A stretch of DNA of 35,206 nt from Vicugna vicugna (Eukaryota): contig PNXW01002911.1 of assembly GCA_013265495.1 (NCBI GenBank), positions 1 to 35,206 on the forward strand. The letters run 5' to 3'. Shown here one piece after another: positions 1-7,415 of the stretch. Made by a program: the position numbers and the translations under genes. A model generated the notes under the pieces. It had not been told where the DNA came from, ran no database searches, and saw only the letters and a program-made list of their open reading frames with translations. Every line of letters starts with the position of its first letter. The first letter of the stretch is position 1.

Positions 1-54
1 TGAGACCCTCGATTGTAATTTGGTTTAGAATAACGCCAAAGGTGTTTGTGACAT

Positions 55-564
55 TGTTTCGGAAATGACAGGCCAGCCTAGAAACAAGCACCACACGGAT
101 TGTTGGAATACTCAGATGTATTATGCCGACGGACTCTTAGGGGCTTCTGTTCCGAAGCTCTGAGCACCTCCAAGACGTGCACATGAAGTTTTATAGGGTT
201 AATTAGAAGTATGCGCTATTAGCCAATAATGCTCAAACAATAAAAGCAAGGTATCAGTACACTGAAGCTTATCAATTTGGAACAGATCACGTTACTGATA
301 CTTGTTGAGCTTGGATTTACAATTTAGCTTGTTAGCCCAGTAAACTGACACTAAACTTAGGTTTACAAGTTAGCCCAGCAGAACTTATATCAGTAAACCG
401 ACACTTATCACACTTAGAGTTGTGACTTAGCTCGTTAGCCCAATATACTGACACTAAACTTCAGAGTTATGAGTTAGCCCAGCAGAACTCAGATCAGTAA
501 TCCGACACTTGTTACACTTAGATTCGTGAGTTAGCTTGTTAGCCCAGCTGGGCTTTTCCTCACA
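55..564 (-). repeat. 3' LTR (510 bp)
   Basis: Minus strand starts TGTGAGGAAAAGCCC directly after the PPT and ends ...TTTCCGAAACA. TATA (TATAAAA) at 189-195; poly(A) hexamer position reads AATACA (117-122); U3 tandem repeats. Confidence 0.95.
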
Positions 565-1048
565 TTCCCCCCTCTGATGCTTTCACAACCCTTGTTTGAG
601 TAAGCGTCATTATTTACCTGTTGCAGGTGTTTATAATTTGAGGCTAACATATGAAGTTTTATAGCCTCTATCCGCTCACTGACAAAGCGGGTCAGAAAGT
701 TTAGGACACAGGGCCCAAACAGCAGAACTGCAAAAATCAGTAGTAAGGGACCTATGAATGGTGTTACCCAGGAGGTCCAGCCCCAGAGTCCTGTCCATGG
801 GCTCATACCTAAAATATGTTTTCTCTTTTTCACTCGGTTTTGTAACTCTTGAACCATTTCTCTGACAATTTCTGATTGATTGGCATGAAACCAACACTCT
901 TTATTTAGGAAGAGGCATAGTCCCCCCTCTTTGGCCGTGAGTAAGTCCAGGCCCCTCCTGTTTTTTAAGCCACCTCGGCCAGAGAGTCAGTCTGATTTTG
1001 CAGAGTTCCCAGGGTTTTTGCTATTCATTGGAGATCGTGGCTGAATTT
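531..1048 (-). pseudogene. env: env remnant: TM subunit only (heptad, ISD, CX6CC, membrane anchor); SU deleted
   Basis: Translation KFSHDLQ*IAKTLGTLQNQTDSLAEVA/(frameshift ~969)/LKNRRGLDLLTAKEGGLCLFLNKECWFHANQSEIVREMVQELQ...PLLLIFAVLLFGPCVLNFLTRFVSERIEAIKL. Contains a CKS-17-type ISD; CX6CC is degenerate (C>W). Confidence 0.93.
565..575 (-). promoter_or_regulatory. Polypurine tract (AGAGGGGGGAA)
   Basis: Purine run directly 5' of the 3' LTR TG on the minus strand, gammaretrovirus-like GGGGGGAA end. Confidence 0.92.
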
Positions 1049-1081
1049 ACATTTAACAGCTGCATTGAGCTTTTCTCAAGT

Positions 1082-1205
1082 TTCGGCCGTGCGTTGACTA
1101 GCCAGCTTCCGGTTGTGGCTAGAGCTGGGCACGTTGATCCTCAGGCTTCGGCCGTGTGTTGACTAGCCAGCTTCCGGTTGTGGCTAGAGCAGGGCTCGTC
1201 GATCC
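1082..1205 (-). repeat. Tandem 65-bp duplication at the pol-end/env junction, each copy with a 7-bp hairpin
   Basis: Copies at 1082-1140 and 1147-1205; each has CTAGCCA-(11 nt incl. CCGGAAG)-TGGCTAG. Confidence 0.9.
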
Positions 1206-3620
1206 TTTTCTGGTCCCTCTTGATCTTGATCTTGAGCGGGTCTCCTGGGACACTCTCAATTTTCTAGGGACCGTCTGCCTGAGGTGCAGTTGCTCTCTTG
1301 ACCCTGGAGTGGTGGATCCAAGGGACGATTCCTGCAACTTTAACAGCTGTAGGAGTAGTTAATATCACTAAATATGGTCCCTTCCATGTTGGTTTGAGAG
1401 TTTTTTTTTTAATCCTTCACCCATACCTGGTCACCTGGTTTATGGGGTTGCACTTGAACCCCTAATGAAATGGGGGTTTTCTCTATCACCCAACCTCAAA
1501 CTTCTCGTAGTACTTTTTCTAGTCCCAACAGTTGTTGGTGGAACCCTAAATTTCCTATTTCTGGGGTGGGATTTCTCATCCTGACTAAAGTTCGCGGTCG
1601 CCCATAGAGGATTTCAAAGGGAGAGTACCCAATATTAAATCTTGGGGTGCATCTAATTTGTAACAGTGCCTGGGGTAGAATGCCCACCCAGGGGAGCTGG
1701 GTTTCTTGGCTGATTTTAGCTATAATTTGTTTTAGAGTCCAGTTTATTCGTTCTAACTTCCCTGAGCTTTGAGGCCGGTATGCTGTGTGCAGGTTCCAGA
1801 GGATGCTCAGTGACTTTGCCACTTGCTGTACAATTTCTGACACAAAGGTGGGTCCATTGTCAGACCCAATGGAGGTAGGCATTCCAAATCGAGGGATAAC
1901 ATCCCTGAGAAGAGCCTTTGTCATTTCCCTTGCTTTCTCTGTCCTGGTGGGTTAGGCCTCTACCCACCCTGTGAAGGTGCAGACGAAAACCAGCAGGTAC
2001 TTATATCCCTTACTGGGCTCAAGTTCAGTAAAGTCCACTTCTAAATCTTCAAAGGGAGCCAATCCACATCGTTGTATTCCCATTAGCCCAGTGAGCCCTT
2101 GTTTTGGATTGTTTTGTGCACAGAGCAAGCAGCGTTGGGAAACTGATGCACATAGAGTAGGGAGACGAGAAATTAGGAAATATCGCTTTAAGAGGGCCTC
2201 TAAAGCCGTTTTTCCCATATGTGTGGCTTTGTGCTGTTGTTGGACTAAACGATAAGCTAGTCATTCTGGGATGAAAACCCTTCCATCAGTCATGACCCAC
2301 CATCCGTCCTTTCCTTTCTCTCCTCGTTCAGCCTGTGCCCACTTGTTTTCATCGTGACTATATTCTGGGGCAGTGGGTAGCTCTGGCGCTGCCATAACTT
2401 TAATTACTGAGTGTTCCCAGGCGGCTGCTCCTCTTGCCTTTTGATCAGCTAGCCTTTTCCCTTGGCTCACAGGGTCATTTCCTCTTTGGTGTCCCTTACA
2501 GTGAATAACGGCCACTTCCTTTGGATCCCATACTGCCTCCAGTAACTGTAAAATTTCTTTTTTGTTTTTGATTTCTTTTTCCCCAGCAGTTAAAAGTCCT
2601 CTCTTCTTATAGATGGCTCCATGTACATGCAAGGTTGCAAATGCATATTTGGAATCAGTATATATATTGACTCATTTTCCTTTCCCTTTTCTTAGTGCCT
2701 GGACCAGTGCCCAGATCTCTGCTCGCTGAGCAGACCATCCTGGGGGAAGGGACTCTGCCTTTATTACCTCTCGGGTTGTTGTTACAGCGTAACCTGCACG
2801 CCGTTGTCTATCTTGTATGTAACTGCTGCCATCTGTGAAAAGTTCCAGGTCTGGGTTTTGCAGGGGCTTGTCGGTTAGATCAGGCCTGCTTGCGTACACC
2901 TCTTTAATGATTTCTTCGCAGTTGTGGTCAGGCTGTCCTTCCCCCTCAGGCAAATATGTGGCTGGGTTTAAGGTTCGCACAGTCTCTAGACGGACTCTTG
3001 GATTTTCACATAGAAGCCCCTGGTAGTGGGTCATCCTTGTGTTAGTTATCCATTTGTAACCTGGGCCGTTTATCAGGGCCACCACAGAATGGGGCACTTT
3101 TACATTTAAAGTCTGTCCCAGTGTGAGCTTGTTTGCCTCATTGACCAGGAAGGCTGTGGCAGCGAGGGCCCGTAAACAGGGTGGCCATCCTGATGCTACA
3201 GGGTCCAGTCTTTTAGATAAATAGGCCACAGGGTGCTGTCACGGCCCCACGTTCTGAGTTAGGACTCCAAGAGTAGTTTGGTCTCTTTTATGTACAAACA
3301 GATTTAACTGTCGTATTACATCTGGTAAGCCTAGTGCTGGGGCTTGGGTTAGTAGTTTCTTTAGTTGTCTAAAGGCATTTTTTTGTTTAGTTTCCCATTT
3401 GAGGGTTTCTTTTTCTGATCCAGCAGTTGTTTCATAGAGGGACTTGGCTATTCTTGAAAAGCCGGGGATCCATATCCAGCAAAGCCCAGCTGCACCCAGG
3501 AACTCTCGCAGTTTTCTTTTTGTTTCCGGTCTGGGTATGGCACAAATAACTTGTTTTCATTCTGGTCCTAGGGCTTGGTGTCCCTCTAAGATAATAAATC
3601 CCAAGTATTTGACTGTCTTT
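1141..3620 (-). pseudogene. pol: pol remnant: RT C-terminal part (thumb/connection), RNase H, integrase
   Basis: VKYLG...LREFLGAAG...PVAYLSKRLDPVASGWPPCLRA. RNase H motifs FTDGSS, SAQRAE, IYTDSKY, IHCKGHQ. IN motifs HKATH..CLLC, VDFTE, SDNGP, SSGKLER, WKGPY. One frame with nonsense codons at 3557, 3239, 2672, 2261, 1952, 1496 and 1409, then a frameshift in the A10 run at 1401-1410, a further stop at 1264, and the terminal stop at 1141-1143. Confidence 0.95.
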
Positions 3621-3967
3621 TTGGCCTGGACCGGCTGAGCTGCTAATATCTTGTATTGTCCAGGTCCATTTGAGCAAAACCAAATCCATGGGGGTAGAGT
3701 CTGGGCAATATTTAGCCAGGAGTCAATGTAAGGGAATTGATTTGGGTGGCCTGGGGTTTCAGTGATTATTTGATAGACTGTTTGCACCTTTGCTAGGTCC
3801 AGAGTTTCTCCTGAGGGCCACCCAACTCCAAAGGCCGGCCATTCAAGCTCACACAAAGTGCGGAGCCTGCCAGGGGTCATTCGAATTCCATAGTCTCCTG
3901 GGAACCCCTTTTTGAAATTCTTAATCATGCAGTCTAGAGTGGTGGGTTTTGACTTAGAGCCTCCCAT
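3621..3967 (-). pseudogene. gag: gag remnant: myristoylated matrix (MA) domain, fused in frame to pol (junction approximate)
   Basis: MGGSKSKPTTLDCMIKNFKKGFPGDYGIRMTPGRLRTLCELEWPAFGVGWP...PGHPNQFPYIDSW: MGxxxS myristoylation motif, gamma-type MA motifs, good Kozak (ACAATGG). Confidence 0.92.
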
Positions 3968-4040
3968 TGTTTTTAGATGTTTAAGGATAATAGTCCTGTT
4001 GCTTTAGATGTTTGGGAAGGTAGACTTTATATCTTTTTTT

Positions 4041-4561
4041 TTACTCTTTAAGACACCGGAGTTTCCAGAGAGACTGCTCTCTTGCTTGGTCTATGAGTTG
4101 TTTTAAGGCTAACTTGGTCAGGGACTCTGGGTTCCAGTCACAGCTGATGTCTCTGGAGCTCAAGGCCTCAAGTAGTTTTAGGGACTTGTTTCATTAAATC
4201 CTCTCTATATTCTGAACTAATGTATCAGGGGCATGGGACTGACAGCAGATGGCAAAACAAATGGACTAGGAAAGGGACCTCCAGGGCCAGGCAAGCCCGG
4301 TCCTGAAGGAATTCGTCTTCTAAACTTGAGTCCTGCGGGTCTGAGGCTAGGGAAAAGGGGCACTACTTTGGTCACTTCAGTAGGGGAACAATAAGTCTTG
4401 GGTGTTCTGTGCCAGAGTCAGGTAGGAGACTTTTTCAGAGAAATAGTATCCTAGCCTCCAAGGGTACAGGGGCGTTGACACATTGGCTGTCTATGTTCTT
4501 TTCCCTCCCAGTGTAGCCACCCTGTGCCGGTGTCGCAGACAAGACAAGGGAGGGTTTTCAT
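4041..4561 (-). pseudogene. Possible decayed pre-gag ORF in the leader
   Basis: ATG at 4561 opens MKTLPCLVCDTGTGWLHWEGK. Protein-like segments in shifting frames (SLEDEFLQDRACLALEVPFLVHLFCHLL; LKLLEALSSRDISCDWNPESLTKLALKQLIDQAREQSLWKLRCLKE*) end 74 nt before the gag ATG; several stops and frameshifts. Confidence 0.35.
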
Positions 4562-4847
4562 TGCGTCCGCCTGTCCACTCCCCTCATGGGGACGTAGGTG
4601 CCTCTTAGCTTTGGCGGGTCAGTATAAGCCGCTGACTCCGATCGGGACCCTGAGGGACCGATACCACCCTGAGCCGTATGAGGTCACCACGGAACCACAG
4701 GTTGGGACTCATTCGAATTCCGTAGCACAATGCTGTGGAGCTACAAACTCGAGCCTGATCGCATGCTTTATAGGCCGCTCATTTACTCATATACACACAC
4801 ACACAGAGGTTAACAACAGTCCTTCCACCAATTCCAATATCCTGTTT

Positions 4848-5003
4848 CCTGTAGGAGGGGATCAGCCTCCTCTTCTGTCCACTGGGACAGGACCTGATTC
4901 CTGACCTGATTCCTGATTTCCCCATCTGAAATACCATCAGACGGAAAGCCTGTAGGATGGGATCAGCCTCCTCTTCTGTCCAGTGGGACAGGACCTGATT
5001 CCT
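4848..5003 (-). repeat. 55-bp direct repeat (x2) with hairpins in the leader, probable packaging/dimerisation region
   Basis: 4848-4902 and 4949-5003, 2 mismatches; each has a CTGTCC-N4-GGACAG stem plus an outer ATCAG/CTGAT stem. Confidence 0.8.
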
Positions 5004-5223
5004 TCCTGGGGATCCTACCTTGTCCGGACGGCCACCTGGTGAGTCTGTCCGTCCTCCACGGAGTCTGGCTCTGGTTGTAGCCCAGCCACCCGGGGGCCGA
5101 GTTGCTGTCACGAAAGAGAACCCGGAATACCGTCAGGCGGCGCCACCTCATTCGCTGCCAGAGTCCCATCCCCCGGTCGGCCGGAGCCACCAGTCCAGCG
5201 GCTCAAGGGGCCGGCGTGGTTGT

Positions 5224-5241
5224 ATCTCACTGGGGCCTCCA
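5224..5241 (-). promoter_or_regulatory. Primer binding site, tRNA-Thr
   Basis: TGGAGGCCCCAGTGAGAT 4 nt after the 5' LTR; 17/18 match to the recalled complement of the tRNA-Thr(TGT) 3' end (TGGAGGCCCCAGCGAGAT), mismatch at a CpG. Confidence 0.85.
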
Positions 5242-5245
5242 GAAA

Positions 5246-5693
5246 TGTTACGGAAATGACAGGCCAGCCAAGAAACAAGCACCACACGGAGGGTTGGAGT
5301 ACTCAGATTTATTACACCGGCGGGCTCAGAGGGACTTCTGCTCCGAAGCTCTGAGCACCTCCAAGACGTGTACATGAGGTTTTATAGGGTTAATTACAAG
5401 TATGGGCTATTAGCCAGTAAGGTTCAAATAACAGAAAGGAAGGAATCAGTACACTGGAGCTTATCAATTTGGAACAGATCACATTACTGACACTTGTTGA
5501 GCTTGGATTTACGAGTTAGCTTGTTAGCCCAGTAAACTGACACTAAACTTTAGATTTACAAGTTAGCCCGGCAGAACTTATATCAGTAAACCGACACTTA
5601 TTACACTTAGATTTGTGACTGAGCTCGTTAGCCCAATAGACTAACACTAAACTTTAGATTTATGAGTTAGCCCAGCTGGGCTTTTCCTTTACA
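5246..5693 (-). repeat. 5' LTR (448 bp)
   Basis: Homologous to 55-564; TATAAAA at 5380-5386, AATAAA at 5308-5313; one 65-bp U3 unit fewer than the 3' LTR. Confidence 0.95.
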
Positions 5694-5739
5694 TACTCAG
5701 TGGGCTCCAGGTTTTTATCCTTGCCCTCCTACAAAGTAG

Positions 5740-5959
5740 CTATCCCTTTAAGACATAAGACATCACATTCCTCTGATTAAAAATTCACAATGGCTTCCCA
5801 CCTCAGAGTAAAAACCAATTCTATTACACAAGCCGCCAAGGCCATTCATAATCTTCTACCTCCACCCTTTCACTCTGACCTCATCTTCTAATACTGCACT
5901 TCTCCAGACTCACAGACCTCCCCACTGCTCCTTGTTTAATAAGCAAGACACTCCCTCAC
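5740..5959 (+). mobile_element. L2 LINE fragment (5' piece)
   Basis: L2-like ...caatggcttcccacctcagagtaaaa...caaggccattcataatc; continues after the MLT insertion. Confidence 0.6.
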
Positions 5960-7126
5960 TGTATTAATTTTCTACTGCAGCTGTAAAATATTATCACAAA
6001 ATTAGTGATTTAAAGCAACACAAATTTATTATCTTACAGTTTTGTAGGTCACAAATCTGACACAGGTCTCACTGGGCTAAAATTAAGATCTTGGGATGTC
6101 TGTATTCTCTTCATCTCTTCTGGGTAGAGGCAAATCCATTTCCTTTCTTTTTCCAGCTTATAGAGGTCACCCACATTCATTGGCTTTTGGTGCTTTTTCT
6201 CCAACCTCAAAGCAAAAATGATTGCTTCTCTCTGATCCATCTTCCATAGTCGCATAACCCTATGACCATAGCTGGGAAAGGTGCTTTGATTTTAAGGACC
6301 CAATGTGGTTAGACTGGGTCTGTTAGAGCAGGCAGATAGCTAGATATGAGCAGAGAAAGGGGGACACAGACCAAAATGCAGGAATTAGGCAGAAAGGAGG
6401 GGCAGAGGCCAAATGCAGGAAACCACACATCATGTGAGCAGCAGGGATCCTTGGGCAGAGAAAGAAAAGCTGGAATCTTTGGGTTGATAAGGGACCAAAA
6501 CTTTTGGCTTGGAGACCAACAAAGAAAGGTCAGAAAAGGCAGGAATTTCCAGTGTCTGAATGTAACCATTTTGCCCATTATGCCCTCATTTCAATAAAAT
6601 TAGCCTTACAGATCAAAAGTACCCATCATGCACTGATGCCATGACACTTCCAATCCAGACTAAATAAGGACAAAAATCCCTCCTCCCTTTGGGAAGGTGG
6701 AGTTGGGATGATAATCAGGGAATACGACCCCCAACCCTCCCTCCCCAGTGAATATTCTGCCCATTCATTTTTACACCCTATGTAACAAACTTGCCAAAGA
6801 AACTCAAGGCAGCTGCTCACCTGAGCCTGCCCGCTCTCCCCTGAGAGTGTACTATCCACCCCTTAATAAATCCTCACTTTACCTTTTTAACCTCTAAGTC
6901 TTGTCTCTGAATTCTTTCTGGGATGGGACAAGAACCTGGAACACCAGTTGCACCTATCGGCGACAGGCACTTGGATAATCTCTTCATCTCAAGGTTGGTA
7001 CTTCATCTCAGGTAACCTTATTAATATCTGCAAATTCCCTTTTGCTATGTAAGTTAAACACATTTAAGTTTCCAGGAATTAGGATGTGGATATCTTTGGG
7101 AGGAGGGCCATTATTTTGCTTAGCAC
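5960..7126 (-). mobile_element. MLT1 (ERVL-MaLR) LTR, split by a younger solo LTR
   Basis: tgtattaattttctactgcagctgt...aacacaaatttattatcttacagtt start; ...ttccaggaattaggatgtggatatctttggg...gccattattttgc end. Confidence 0.8.
6321..6965 (+). mobile_element. Solo ERV1 LTR (MER50/MER83-like start)
   Basis: TGTTAGAGCAGGCAGATAGCTAGATATGAGCAG...CA; AATAAA at ~6864; interrupts the MLT1 sequence. Confidence 0.8.
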
Positions 7127-7129
7127 GCT

Positions 7130-7415
7130 CGTCTCTTTTAATATTTGCTCATTGATCACTTTTCCTATTTATATCCACCACTACCACAGTATTCCTTCTC
7201 TTACATTCCTATTTTTTTTGTTTTAATAACACTGATCACCATATAATATACAGTGTGGTATATATTAATAATTGTTTTTTTCTGTCCCCCCTCATCAGAA
7301 TGTAAGCTGTGTGGTGTCGTGAAAGTTTATGTTTGTTTCATGCTCTACCTGCAACACCTTGAGCAGTGCTTCAGGATAGCCTCAATAGATACTTGCTGAA
7401 CGAATGGATGAAAGA
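7130..7415 (+). mobile_element. L2 3' end
   Basis: cccctcatcagaatgtaagct...ctcaatagatacttgctgaacgaatggatgaa. Confidence 0.7.

Larger units (their letters stand above)
55..5693 (-). mobile_element. Internally deleted class I (gamma-like, HERV-E/ERV3-group-like) endogenous retrovirus provirus
   Basis: Two homologous LTRs (55-564, 5246-5693) with TG...CA ends, PBS next to the 5' LTR, PPT next to the 3' LTR, and gag-MA, pol and env-TM remnants in retroviral order on the minus strand. Confidence 0.97.

Noticed and set aside
331..554. LTR repeats with constant motif and intervening sequence resembling a CRISPR array
   Set aside because: The intervening segments are themselves repeated, the array lies inside retroviral LTRs, the host is a mammal, and there are no cas genes
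531..857. 108-aa env ORF as a co-opted syncytin-like gene
   Set aside because: No signal peptide, SU or fusion peptide; upstream stop and frameshift; CX6CC broken; the ORF runs on into the LTR
4524..5377. Several overlapping ORFs in the GC-rich leader and LTR
   Set aside because: No recognisable motifs; expected by chance in GC-rich non-coding sequence
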